The position numbers and the translations under genes are program-made. Shown here in pieces: positions 26,795-36,462 of a stretch of DNA of 64,000 nucleotides. The notes under the pieces were generated by a model. That model worked only from the letters and a program-made list of their open reading frames with translations. It was not told where the DNA came from and made no database searches. Source of the DNA: an uncultured Chromatiaceae bacterium (lineage in GTDB: Bacteria > Pseudomonadota > Gammaproteobacteria > Steroidobacterales > GCA-2729495); NCBI GenBank assembly GCA_964384525.1, contig CAYLKO010000002.1, forward strand, positions 35,168-99,167, read 5' to 3'. How positions within the stretch are numbered: the stretch's first letter is position 1; each line of letters begins with the position of its first letter.

Positions 26795-28249
26795 TCACGG
26801 TGCGGCTTCCGCGAAGGGTATCCGGGGTACCGGCTTGGTTCGTGGTACTGATATTTCCAGGCATGTTCCGGTGTCTGGTGCGCTGTCAAGCTTGAAGGTT
26901 CCCCCGAGTGCGCGTACCCGATGGCGCATGCCTGTTATGCCATGCGACGCCCGGAAGTTGCGGCTGTTCATATCCATGCCAGTGCCGTCATCCGTGACCA
27001 TCAGGCGTATGACATCGGTATCGGCCTCCAGGGACAGCGTCACATTGGTTGCGTTGGCATGCCGGATGACGTTGGTCAGGGACTCCTGACCGGCGCGAAA
27101 CAGGGCAATGGCCAGGTCCTGGCGCAGGTCGGTCAGATCTTCCGGAAGGAAGATGCTGCAATTCAGGCCCGCCTTCACGCAGGACTCCTCAAAGTAGTTC
27201 CGCAGCGCCGTCGAGATGCCAAAATGATCCAGCAGGGCCGGCCTCAGGCTTTCAACCACCCGGCGTTTGATGTCCATTGATTCCGTGAGGCTGTCGTTGA
27301 TCTGTCCAAGCTTTGTCCGGATTTCCGGATCCAGTGATTTTGTGGCGCCCAGCAACCAAGCCAGGTCCATGCGGGCGGCCGTGAGCAGACCACCCAGTTC
27401 ATCGTGGAGATTCCGGGCCAGCTCGGCTTTTTCGCGTTCGCTGACCTCCTGCAAATGGGACGATAGTGCAGACAGTTCGGCAGTACGCGCATCAATCAGC
27501 GATTGCATGCGTTGAGCCTCGGAAGTGGCTGTTACAGCTTCCGCGTTCCGCCCTGCCGCCTGCTGCATGAAGAGTCGTGTCACCGTGAGCAGCAGGCCAA
27601 TGGCCAGCATGCTCGACAACAGCGTTGCAATGCGGGTGCGCAGGGCCACCGGTGCCTGGTACCGGCGCAAGTCGCGAAGTTCGTCCTGTGATAACGCATC
27701 GAGTTCGGCAATCGCATCGCGCAGCTGGTCCGTCAGCTCCTTGCCACGTCCATCGCGTACGATGCCGATGGCGTTCTCGTGTTCGCCTGTCTCCCACAGG
27801 ATGATGCTCGTGCTGGCGACGCCGATTCTCTCCGTCCCAAGCTCTTTTATGCGTTCAACCACGGTACGCAGGGCAGGCGTCGTGCATAGCATCGTGAGCT
27901 CGCGCAGAGCCTGGTCGAATTCCCGCGATGCCTGTTCAAACGGCACCAGGAATCGAGAGTCACCGGTCAGCAGAAAACCACGCTGACCGGCTTCCGCATC
28001 GATCATCATGCCCTTCAGGCGTGCCGAGGCATCCAGACGCCGGAGCACCTCGGCGGTCTGGTTGGAATACCCGGCACTCGCCCTCAGGGTCAATTCACCG
28101 AGGACCATGATGCCGACGCTGACCAGAAACAGCGCAGCGAGCGTAACGATCAGCGATCGTGGCAACAAGCGCAGGCCGATCCACCAACCCTGCCTGGAAT
28201 TCCGGTTCGCCTGTGTCGTCATGCGTGGTCCCTGGCCCGGCTGTTCCAC
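26795..28249 (-). CDS. CHASE3-domain sensor histidine kinase (HisKA_3 / NarX-DesK type)
   Basis: TM segment followed by a CHASE3-like periplasmic region (DAEAGQRGFLLTGDSRFLVPF), a second TM, H-box LHDELGGLLTAARMDL, N-box LTNVIRHANA, and G-boxes DDGTGM / GITGMRHR. Alternative ATG start at 28222. Confidence 0.85.
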   Translation of the reverse strand: MEQPGQGPRMTTQANRNSRQGWWIGLRLLPRSLIVTLAALFLVSVGIMVLGELTLRASAGYSNQTAEVLRRLDASARLKGMMIDAEAGQRGFLLTGDSRFLVPFEQASREFDQALRELTMLCTTPALRTVVERIKELGTERIGVASTSIILWETGEHENAIGIVRDGRGKELTDQLRDAIAELDALSQDELRDLRRYQAPVALRTRIATLLSSMLAIGLLLTVTRLFMQQAAGRNAEAVTATSEAQRMQSLIDARTAELSALSSHLQEVSEREKAELARNLHDELGGLLTAARMDLAWLLGATKSLDPEIRTKLGQINDSLTESMDIKRRVVESLRPALLDHFGISTALRNYFEESCVKAGLNCSIFLPEDLTDLRQDLAIALFRAGQESLTNVIRHANATNVTLSLEADTDVIRLMVTDDGTGMDMNSRNFRASHGITGMRHRVRALGGTFKLDSAPDTGTCLEISVPRTKPVPRIPFAEAAP

Positions 28250-28274
28250 GCTCTGTTTAACACAAAAGCACGCT

Positions 28275-28302
28275 CGGACGGCAGCAGTACCCGTGCCGTC
28301 CG
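28275..28302 (-). terminator. probable terminator of the DUF1328 gene
   Basis: 9-bp stem CGGACGGCA / TGCCGTCCG. On the minus strand it is followed by a T-rich tract (GCTTTTGTGTT). Confidence 0.45.
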
Positions 28303-28328
28303 GGAGCAGCCGGCGTATATCCGGTTGC

Positions 28329-28493
28329 TCAGGTTCGACGGATCAAGCCGAGTATCAACGTCACGGCGAATATCAGCAGGAAAACGAAGAACAGGACCTT
28401 GGCGATCCCTGCAGCACCGGCCGCAATGCCGCCAAAACCCAGAACAGCCGCGATCAGAGCGATGATGAAAAATATGACGGCGTAGCGCAACAT
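28329..28493 (-). CDS. DUF1328 (UPF0391, YtjA-like) small membrane protein
   Basis: [53 protein letters not shown], the canonical DUF1328 sequence. G-rich SD upstream. The track's N-terminal extension was rejected. Confidence 0.85.
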   Translation of the reverse strand: MLRYAVIFFIIALIAAVLGFGGIAAGAAGIAKVLFFVFLLIFAVTLILGLIRRT

Positions 28494-28546
28494 GAGTAGC
28501 CCCCTTTGGTGATGACCTGTACGGACAGCAAGTCCACGCGCATGCA

Positions 28547-28717
28547 CTGACTATAGTCAGCGAACCATCGGGTGCTCGTAGTCAGTGGGGCCGGAACCAG
28601 TGGGGATTGCGGCATTACCGGCGTAGGAAGAATCCTACCGACAAGGCATGCAGGCTGCATGTCGCAGCCGCCGGCACCTGTATCGGAAGCGCACGATCGG
28701 TAGGTGCATTCCTACCG
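28547..28717. promoter_or_regulatory. divergent promoter region carrying several palindromes (candidate operators)
   Basis: Perfect 14-bp palindrome CTGACTATAGTCAG (28547-28560) plus an extra half-site TAGTCAG (28579-28585). CATGCAGGCTGCATG at 28647-28661. Two copies of GTAGG-N5-TCCTACCG at 28623-28640 and 28700-28717. Confidence 0.35.
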
Positions 28718-28792
28718 CAGTACGGGCTCGCTGCCGATCAGCGAAAACGCGATTCCGGCTCAAGATGTGCTCATGGGTAGCAGGAGAGAATC

Positions 28793-28936
28793 ATGCGCAA
28801 CTCCGAGGTTCGAATTACCGGCTTTGATTTGTTCGCCGGTGGCCAAGGCGGAAAGATTGGTTGGATCCTCCTTTGGCTGCTTGGCATTCCGCTGCCTGTG
28901 TTGCTGATCCTGTTCCTGATCCGCGGCTGCACCTGA
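28793..28936 (+). CDS. 47-aa small membrane protein, unknown function
   Basis: My own translation: MRNSEVRITGFDLFAGGQGGKIGWILLWLLGIPLPVLLILFLIRGCT*. SD AGGAGAGAATC-ATG. One TM helix. Below the track's size cutoff. Confidence 0.55.
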   Translation: MRNSEVRITGFDLFAGGQGGKIGWILLWLLGIPLPVLLILFLIRGCT

Positions 28937-28997
28937 CGCGGTCCCATCGTTTCTACTGCCACTGCCGCCCCGTGGATTCCGGCGCTATAGTCCCCAC

Positions 28998-31900
28998 ATG
29001 CCCCTGGATGCCTTCCACACCGCCGTCAGCAGCTGGTTTCTGGATACGTTTCAGACGGTTACGCCTGTACAGGCAGCCGCGTGGCCGGCCATCCGCGAGG
29101 GCCGGCACAGCCTGCTCGCCGCGCCGACCGGCTCCGGCAAGACACTGGCGGCATTTCTTGCCGCCATCGATGCACTGATTCAGGAAGGCACAGCCAAAGG
29201 CAGTCTGCCCGATGAAATCCGGGTGCTGTATGTCTCGCCGCTGAAGGCGCTGTCGAACGACATCCAGAAGAATCTCGAAGAACCGCTGGCGGGTATCCGT
29301 GCCCGGCTGTCGGTGTTCGAAGACGTGGAGATCCGCACGGCGGTCCGGACCGGGGATACTCCGGCAGCCGAGCGGGCCCGCATGCGGCGCACGCCGCCGC
29401 ACATTCTGGTGACCACGCCCGAGTCGCTGTTCATCCTGCTCACCTCGGCGTCGGGGCGCGACATGTTGGCCACGGTGCGTACGGTGATCGTCGACGAGTT
29501 GCACGCCGTCGCCGATTCCAAGCGCGGCGCCCATCTCGCGCTGTCGCTGGAGCGTCTGTCGGCCCTGTGTGCGGAGGAGCCGCAGCGGATCGGCATTTCC
29601 GCCACGCAGAAGCCCATGGCGCGCATGGCTGACTTTCTCACCGGCAATCGGCCGGCAGGGGAGAGTGCGCGCAGTTGCGCCATCGTGGATGCAGGGTTCA
29701 GCCGGCAGCGGGACCTGGCGCTCGAATTGCCGCCATCCACCCTGTCGCCGGTCATGGCCACCGAGGTCTGGGCGGAGATCTATGACCGTCTGGCCGAACT
29801 GGCGCTGCAACATCGCACCACGCTGATCTTCGTCAACACCCGACGTCTGGCCGAACGGGCCGCCCGGCATCTGGCCGAACGGCTCGGCGAGGACGCGGTG
29901 ACGGCCCACCACGGCAGTCTGGCGCGGGCGCACCGGCTGGATGCCGAAGAGCGCCTGAAATCCGGAAAGCTGCGGGTGCTGGTGGCCACTGCTTCACTGG
30001 AGCTCGGCATCGACATCGGCGACATCGACCTCGTCTGCCAGATCGCGTCACCCCGGAGCATTGCCACCTTGCTGCAGCGCGTGGGCCGATCCGGCCATGG
30101 CGTGCAGCGTCTGCCCAAGGGGCGGCTGTTCCCGATCTCGCGGGATGATCTGGTGGAGTGCGCAGCACTGCTCGATGCCGTGCGTCGAAACGAACTGGAC
30201 GCCATTCGCCTTGTGGGCCCCGCGCTCGATGCCCTGGCCCAGCAGCTGGTTGCCGAAGTGGCCATGGCCGAGTGGCAGGTCGACGACCTGCATGCACTGG
30301 TCTGTCGTGCCTGGCCTTACCGCGCGCTCACCCGGGCGTCCTTCGATGCCCTCATTCACACGTTGGCAGATGGCTACAACACCGCGCGAGGCCGGCGGGC
30401 AGCGCATCTGCACTACGACGCGGTCAACCAGCGGCTGCGGGCGCGTGCGGGTGCGCGGCTCACAGCCATCACCAATGGCGGCACCATTCCGGATCAATTC
30501 GACTATGACGTCGTGCTCCTGCCGGACGGTTTCCCGATAGGCAGCCTGAACGAGGACTTTGCCTTCGAGAGTTTGCCGGGTGATATTTTCCAGCTGGGCA
30601 ATGCCTCGTATCGCATACGCAAGGTGGAATCGGGCCGGGTGCATGTCGAGGATGCCCACGGGCAGCCACCGAACATTCCGTTCTGGTTCGGCGAGGCGCC
30701 GGGTCGGACGGACGAATTGTCGGCGGCCGTCTCGCGCCTGCGCGCCCGGATGGATCAGTTGCTGGGGGAGGGCGAGGCCGCCGCGCACAACTGGCTCATG
30801 GATGAGTTGGGATTGTCGCCCGCGGCGAGTGCCCAGCTCACGAGCTACCTGGCCGCAGGCCGGGCGGCGCTCGGCGTGCTGCCAACCCGGCAGACCCTGG
30901 TCTTCGAGCGCTTCTTCGATGAAGTGGGGGATACCCATCTCGTCATCCATGCACCGCTCGGCTCGCGCCTGAACCGGGCCTGGGGCCTGGCGCTGCGCAA
31001 ACGCTTCTGCCGCCAGTTCAACTTCGAGCTGCAGGCCGCGGCGCTCGAGGACTGCATCGTCCTGTCGCTGGGACCGACGCACAGCTTTCCGCTCGACGAC
31101 ATCAGCCGTTATCTGCGCGCCGGGACAGTGCGCGACGTGTTGATCCAGGCCACGCTGCAGGCGCCGATGTTTCCCACGCGCTGGCGCTGGGTGGCCACCA
31201 CCGCCCTTGCCATTCGACGCTTCCGCAATGGCGGCAAGGTGCCACCGCAGTTCCAGCGCAGCGACTCCGATGATCTGCTCGCGCTGGTGTTTCCGGATCA
31301 GGTGGCCTGTGCCGAGAACCTCGCCGGCGATCGCCAGGTGCCGGACCATCCACTGGTCCGGCAGACGCTCGACGACTGCCTGCACGAGGTGATGGATATC
31401 ACCGGCCTGGAAACCCTGCTGGCCGACCTGGCCGCCGGCCGGGTCGAAATCATCACGCGGGAGCTGACCACGCCATCGCCGCTGGCCCAGGAAGTCGTCA
31501 ATGCGCGACCCTATGCCTTTCTGGATGACGCGCCGGCCGAAGAACGCCGCACCCGCGCCATCCGCTCGCGGTACCTGCTCGATCCCGAAGAGGCCGCAAC
31601 GATCGGTCGCCTGGATGGCGATGCGATCCGGCAAGTCCGTGCAGAGGCGTGGCCCGAGGTGCGGACCCCGGATGAGTTGCACGATGCGCTGATGCTGAGC
31701 GGCTTCATCGCGGAACACGAGATTCTGCCGGCTGATCGTGATGCCTGGCACGCCCTGCTGCAGCCCTTGCTGGCCGACAGTCGCGCCACGGTCGCCTGCG
31801 TACCGGGAGGCCAGCCGCTGTGGGTCAGCGCCGAACGCCTCGCCCAGCTGCAGCAGCTGTGGCCCGCCTTGATGATCACGCCACCGATCACGCCTGCCTA

Positions 31901-33401
31901 TGCAGGCCGACGCAGCGAAGCTCCCGATCGGGAGCACTCGTTGCGCGAGCTGATCCGCAGCCGGCTGGAGACCCTGGGCCCCGTGACGGCGGGCATGCTG
32001 GCCGCGCCATTGATGCTGCCGGTGAACGAAGTCGAGACCGCCCTGGCGGCACTCGAGCTCGAAGGCCAGGCGATTCGGGGACACTTCAATCCGGCAACGA
32101 CCCGGATGCCCTCGGCGCAGGAATGGTGTGACCGCCGGCTGCTGGCCCGCATCCATCGCTGCACGCTGAAAACCCTGAGGCAAACCGTGGAAACGGTCAG
32201 CCCGGCGGCGTACATGCGCTTTCTGTTTCGCTGGCATCGGCTGGATCGCGAGCCGGCAAGGCATGCGGTGGCCGATGTTTCAGGTGAGCTCCGCAGGGCC
32301 TTGGGGCAGTTGCTCGGCTATCCCGTGGCCGCAGCCGCCTGGGAAAGCCGTGTGCTGCCGGCCAGGGTGGATGGCTTCGAACCTTCGGCCCTGGATCAGG
32401 TGCTGGTGGGTGGTGAGTTCCTCTGGCTGAGGGCCGGCACCGACGGCGCCGTGGCGGCCTCCGGTCATCCAGGTCGCAGCGGCCCGATCCGCAGCACGCC
32501 GCTCCTGTTTGTCGACCGCAGTCAGTTGGCGCTGTGGCACGGTCTCATGCCCGGCGCCCCGACAGAAACCCACTCGGCAGCCGCCAGCATGATTCTCGCT
32601 GCGCTCGACACCCAAGGCGCCTTGTTCTTCAGCGATCTGCTGATGACGACCGGCCTGACGCGTCGTGCGCTGATTGCCGGGCTGCGCGAGCTGGTCGGTA
32701 CCGGCCGCGTCACGGGTGATGGCTACGCTGGCCTGCGCGCCCTGCTGCTGCCGGCCGCGGTCCGCGAACAACGCGGCCCGCTGCGCCACCGCTCCGCGCG
32801 CGTGACGCTCGGTGAGCAGCTCGCGCGAGACCCGCGCCAAACGCATCCGCGGCAGACGGCCCGGCAGGGTGATGACCATCAGGATCCGCCGGGCCGCTGG
32901 TCGCTGGTGTTGCCGGCCCGTGCTGCCGCGGCCGATGGCCGGGATGACGCCACGCGCCGTCGGGCCGCTGTGGACCACATCGCCCGCACGCTGCTGGAGC
33001 GCTACGGCGTGGTGTTCCGGAGCGTGCTGGCGCGTGAAGCCCGCTGCATGCCGCCGTGGCGTGAGCTGGTGCAGGCCTGGCGGCGGCTGGAAGCCCGTGG
33101 CGAGATTCGCGGCGGACGCTTTGTGGCGGGCTTTGGTGGTGAACAGTTTGCGTGGCCCGAGGCCGTTGCCCGCCTGCGCGACATGCGTCATGCCGGCAAT
33201 CAGGAACAGACCGTCGAGATATCGGCGGTTGATCCCCTGAACCTGGCCGGCATCGTCACGCCGGGCGAGAAGATTCCCGCCGTGTCGAGAAACCGGATCC
33301 TGTACCGGAACGGAGTTCCGGTCGGCGTCTGGCTGCGCAACGAATATCGGCCATTGACGAGCAGCGCGCCAGGCAAGGTGGCAGTCACCTCGTCGCGATG
33401 A
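28998..33401 (+). CDS. lhr: large ATP-dependent helicase Lhr (DEAD/DEAH superfamily 2)
   Basis: 1467 aa. Motif I AAPTGSGKTLAAF, motif II VIVDELHAV (DExH), motif VI QRVGRSGH. Long C-terminal extension as in E. coli-type Lhr. Confidence 0.9.
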   Translation: MPLDAFHTAVSSWFLDTFQTVTPVQAAAWPAIREGRHSLLAAPTGSGKTLAAFLAAIDALIQEGTAKGSLPDEIRVLYVSPLKALSNDIQKNLEEPLAGIRARLSVFEDVEIRTAVRTGDTPAAERARMRRTPPHILVTTPESLFILLTSASGRDMLATVRTVIVDELHAVADSKRGAHLALSLERLSALCAEEPQRIGISATQKPMARMADFLTGNRPAGESARSCAIVDAGFSRQRDLALELPPSTLSPVMATEVWAEIYDRLAELALQHRTTLIFVNTRRLAERAARHLAERLGEDAVTAHHGSLARAHRLDAEERLKSGKLRVLVATASLELGIDIGDIDLVCQIASPRSIATLLQRVGRSGHGVQRLPKGRLFPISRDDLVECAALLDAVRRNELDAIRLVGPALDALAQQLVAEVAMAEWQVDDLHALVCRAWPYRALTRASFDALIHTLADGYNTARGRRAAHLHYDAVNQRLRARAGARLTAITNGGTIPDQFDYDVVLLPDGFPIGSLNEDFAFESLPGDIFQLGNASYRIRKVESGRVHVEDAHGQPPNIPFWFGEAPGRTDELSAAVSRLRARMDQLLGEGEAAAHNWLMDELGLSPAASAQLTSYLAAGRAALGVLPTRQTLVFERFFDEVGDTHLVIHAPLGSRLNRAWGLALRKRFCRQFNFELQAAALEDCIVLSLGPTHSFPLDDISRYLRAGTVRDVLIQATLQAPMFPTRWRWVATTALAIRRFRNGGKVPPQFQRSDSDDLLALVFPDQVACAENLAGDRQVPDHPLVRQTLDDCLHEVMDITGLETLLADLAAGRVEIITRELTTPSPLAQEVVNARPYAFLDDAPAEERRTRAIRSRYLLDPEEAATIGRLDGDAIRQVRAEAWPEVRTPDELHDALMLSGFIAEHEILPADRDAWHALLQPLLADSRATVACVPGGQPLWVSAERLAQLQQLWPALMITPPITPAYAGRRSEAPDREHSLRELIRSRLETLGPVTAGMLAAPLMLPVNEVETALAALELEGQAIRGHFNPATTRMPSAQEWCDRRLLARIHRCTLKTLRQTVETVSPAAYMRFLFRWHRLDREPARHAVADVSGELRRALGQLLGYPVAAAAWESRVLPARVDGFEPSALDQVLVGGEFLWLRAGTDGAVAASGHPGRSGPIRSTPLLFVDRSQLALWHGLMPGAPTETHSAAASMILAALDTQGALFFSDLLMTTGLTRRALIAGLRELVGTGRVTGDGYAGLRALLLPAAVREQRGPLRHRSARVTLGEQLARDPRQTHPRQTARQGDDHQDPPGRWSLVLPARAAAADGRDDATRRRAAVDHIARTLLERYGVVFRSVLAREARCMPPWRELVQAWRRLEARGEIRGGRFVAGFGGEQFAWPEAVARLRDMRHAGNQEQTVEISAVDPLNLAGIVTPGEKIPAVSRNRILYRNGVPVGVWLRNEYRPLTSSAPGKVAVTSSR

Positions 33402-34282
33402 CGCACAAGACAGGTCTCATCCTCGTCACCGGCCTCGCGGTCATGCTCTGCCTGTGCGGCCGGTCATTGGCAGCGACCGGTCTCGCGGACCGGATCCGCT
33501 CGCTGGACCCGCCGATCGACGCCGGCTCGTTCGACATTCCGCTGCGACTCTCGTCCGTGCAGGACGGCAACCGGGTCACCGGTGAGGTGCTTGCAATCGT
33601 GTCCTATCCCCTGGCGACGATTCGCGCCACGCTCGATCGCCCGGCTGCCTGGTGTGCGGTGTTGATTCTGCATCCCAACGTCAAATCCTGTGGCTATGCC
33701 CGGGACGGAACGCGGCTGCAGATCGAGATGGGCCGCAAGGATGATCCGGCCAACTCCGGCACGCATGCCATGGAGTTTCGTTTTCAACTGGTTGGAAACA
33801 GCGCCGCCGGCCTCTCGGTCGTGCTGCAGGCGGACGGAGGGCCGTTGGGTACCAGCAATTACCGCCTGGAATTTGCAGCAGTAGCTGCCGACGGGGCCCG
33901 GTCGTACGTGCGCCTGTCCTATGCCTACGAATACGGTGCGGCAGCGCGCCTCGCCACGGCAACCTATCTGCAGACACTGGGTCGGGGCAAGGTCGGTTTC
34001 ACCATTACCGGAACGGCTGAAAACGGTGAACCTGAGTATGTGGATGGTGTACGGGGAATTCTGGAAAGGAACACCATGCGCTATTACCTGGCGATTGACA
34101 CCTGCCTCGCGTCAGCTCACGAACCGGGAACGCCTGCCCGCCAGCAACGCCGCTACGAGGCCTGGCATGACGCCACTCAACGCTATCCGCGGCAGTTGCA
34201 TGAGCTGTCTCGCGAGGACTACCTGCGATCCAAGCAAGCTGAACGACCATTCATCCTGTCGGACTCCACCGACAATTACTGA
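33398..34282 (+). CDS. hypothetical secreted protein
   Basis: 294 aa with signal peptide LILVTGLAVMLCLCGRSLA. ATG overlaps the lhr stop (ATGA). No motif that I can name. Confidence 0.55.
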   Translation: MTHKTGLILVTGLAVMLCLCGRSLAATGLADRIRSLDPPIDAGSFDIPLRLSSVQDGNRVTGEVLAIVSYPLATIRATLDRPAAWCAVLILHPNVKSCGYARDGTRLQIEMGRKDDPANSGTHAMEFRFQLVGNSAAGLSVVLQADGGPLGTSNYRLEFAAVAADGARSYVRLSYAYEYGAAARLATATYLQTLGRGKVGFTITGTAENGEPEYVDGVRGILERNTMRYYLAIDTCLASAHEPGTPARQQRRYEAWHDATQRYPRQLHELSREDYLRSKQAERPFILSDSTDNY

Positions 34283-34364
34283 GGGCTGGCGCCGCTGTCT
34301 GCGTTTGCTCCGGCAGGGCACCATTCCTGCCAGGTCCAATTGGGCTGTTTTTGAGGAGAACTCC

Positions 34365-34949
34365 ATGCAAACGACATCCACCCATCTGCCTGGACTGCGA
34401 GCGGGGGCGGGCATTGCCGTCGCGGCAGCGACCGTGCTGGCCATTTCCTGTCTCGCCTTGCCCGTCTGGGCCGCCGAGAGTGGCGCCCGCTCAGTGGGCA
34501 CCACCATGGATGATGCGGCCATCACCACCAGCATCAAAACCCGACTGTTCGCCGACAAGGACACCAAGGCACGGCAAATCAACGTGGAGACGTCGCGGGG
34601 TGTTGTGCAGTTGAACGGTTTCGTGGATTCCGCGACGGCAAAGAGCGAGGCTGAACGAATCGCGTCGGGTGTCGATGGCGTCACCAGTGTGGAAAACAAG
34701 CTGCAGGTGCGGGCCGCCGACCATGCGGCATCCACAGCTGTGGATAATGGCGAGCTGTCAGCCAGGGTGGATTCGGCACTTGCGGCCGACCCACGTACCA
34801 GTGCACTCAGTGTCGATGTTGAATCCAGAAATGGCGAAGTGCAGCTCAGCGGCTACGTCAAATCCAGCCAGGAAAGGCTGGCTGCTGTCGAGGTTGCCGG
34901 CAAAGTCGAGGGTGTGCGCAAGGTCAAGGACGCGATGGACATTCGTTGA
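34365..34949 (+). CDS. BON-domain (OsmY-like) periplasmic protein
   Basis: SD GAGGAG, a signal peptide, then two BON repeats (INVETSRGVVQLNGFVDSATAKSEAERIASGVDGVTSVENKLQV and SVDVESRNGEVQLSGYVKSSQERLAAVEVAGKVEGVRKVKDAM). Confidence 0.85.
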   Translation: MQTTSTHLPGLRAGAGIAVAAATVLAISCLALPVWAAESGARSVGTTMDDAAITTSIKTRLFADKDTKARQINVETSRGVVQLNGFVDSATAKSEAERIASGVDGVTSVENKLQVRAADHAASTAVDNGELSARVDSALAADPRTSALSVDVESRNGEVQLSGYVKSSQERLAAVEVAGKVEGVRKVKDAMDIR

Positions 34950-35010
34950 GTTCGCAGAGTCTGGCCACCAGGCTTGTGGCTCCTCCTTTGCGTTGAGGGT
35001 CAACCGGACG

Positions 35011-36450
35011 ATGGCTGCCTGCACGCGGTGTCGTCCGGTTGGCCCGATCCCTGTCGCCATGATTCTCGCTTTGGTGGCGGGGAGCTTCCTCGCCAGTTGC
35101 GCCACGCTGCCGTCGGTGCGCCTCTCGCGTCAATTGCCGCTGTCGAGGACACCGGTGACGATCAACATGGTGGGCCCGCATGGACCGATCACCCCTGCTG
35201 TGGAAGACCGGGCTTCAGAGGTCCTGGCGGCCAACAGCGTGGGCACCGTCCTGGATGGGTATCTTGGGCTCAGTCACCAGTTGATCGGCGAACCCCTGAT
35301 CATCGGCAACCGCGTGGAGCTGCTGGTCGATGGTCCGGAAACCTACACGTCGATGTTTGCATCGATCCAGGCCGCATCCCGCTCGATCGATATCGAGTCA
35401 TATATCTTTGATGACGTAGTGCACGATGGGGTGAGCCTGTCAGCACTGCTCACCGAGCGAGCCGCAGCGGGCGTCAAGGTTCGGGTGCTCGTTGATGGCG
35501 TCGGTTCGATGGGCTCGGGTGCATTGCTGGATGAGTTGTCTGCTGGCGGCATTGTCACCTGCGTATTCAATCCGGTAGCGCCGTCGCTCTGGCGGCCGGC
35601 ACGGCTCAATCACCGCGATCATCGCAAGATCCTGGTGGTCGATGGCCGCGATGCCTATGCCGGTGGCATCAACTTCAGTCGCGTCTACCGCTCTGGGTCG
35701 GCGGGATTCTCATGGTCAAGGTCCAAAGGGCAATCGGTGGAGCCTCGCGAGACGGCCCTGGAGCAGGGTTGGCGGGATACGCAGGTCCGGATCGAAGGGC
35801 CAGCCGCACGCCGGCTGGCCGACCTGTTTGCGCAGACATGGAAGAAGCAGGACTGTGGTGAAGCGGGCGACGCTGCCGACAATGAGGTTGCCAAGGCCGG
35901 CGATACCGTGGTTCAGGTCATTCCGAGTTCGCCTGATTCAGCACAGAACCAGACCTATATTTCCGTGCTCGGTGCGATCGCCTTTGCGAAGACCTCGATT
36001 GAAGTCACCATGGCCTACTTCATACCGGACAAACAGCTGGAAGACGAGCTCATCGCAGCCGCCCAGCGTGGCGTCAGTGTCAAACTGATCCTGCCCTCAT
36101 TCAGTGATTTTGCCGGGGTGTTTTATGCCGGGCGCTATCACTATGCGCGGCTGCTCAAGGGGGGTGTGCAGATTTTCGAGCAGCAGAATGCCTTTCTGCA
36201 TGCCAAGACCGTGGTGGTGGACCATGTGTGGTCCACGGTCGGATCAACCAACTGGGACTGGCGAAGTTTCGTGCTCAATGACGAGATCAGCATCGTCGTC
36301 ATCGATGAGGCGTTTGCCAACCGCATGCGGCAACTGTTCGAATCCGATCTCGAGAACTCAACGCGGATCACCCTGGAAGGCTGGCAGAAGCGCTCCTGGC
36401 ATGAACGCCTTCGGGAACGATTCTGGGCCACGTTTGAGCGGTTGCTGTAA
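35011..36450 (+). CDS. cls: cardiolipin synthase / phospholipase D family protein (ClsB-like)
   Basis: Two HKD motifs: HRDHRKILVVDGRDAYAGGINFS and FLHAKTVVVDHVWSTVGSTNWDWRS. Possible lipobox start at MILALVAGSFLASC (ATG 35059). Confidence 0.85.
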   Translation: MAACTRCRPVGPIPVAMILALVAGSFLASCATLPSVRLSRQLPLSRTPVTINMVGPHGPITPAVEDRASEVLAANSVGTVLDGYLGLSHQLIGEPLIIGNRVELLVDGPETYTSMFASIQAASRSIDIESYIFDDVVHDGVSLSALLTERAAAGVKVRVLVDGVGSMGSGALLDELSAGGIVTCVFNPVAPSLWRPARLNHRDHRKILVVDGRDAYAGGINFSRVYRSGSAGFSWSRSKGQSVEPRETALEQGWRDTQVRIEGPAARRLADLFAQTWKKQDCGEAGDAADNEVAKAGDTVVQVIPSSPDSAQNQTYISVLGAIAFAKTSIEVTMAYFIPDKQLEDELIAAAQRGVSVKLILPSFSDFAGVFYAGRYHYARLLKGGVQIFEQQNAFLHAKTVVVDHVWSTVGSTNWDWRSFVLNDEISIVVIDEAFANRMRQLFESDLENSTRITLEGWQKRSWHERLRERFWATFERLL

Positions 36451-36462
36451 GCCAGCAGGGCT

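Noticed and set aside
30048-32264. 738-aa minus-strand ORF inside lhr
   Set aside because: It is antisense to a helicase that has all SF2 motifs, and it has Arg/Gly/Gln-rich composition with no recognisable motif.
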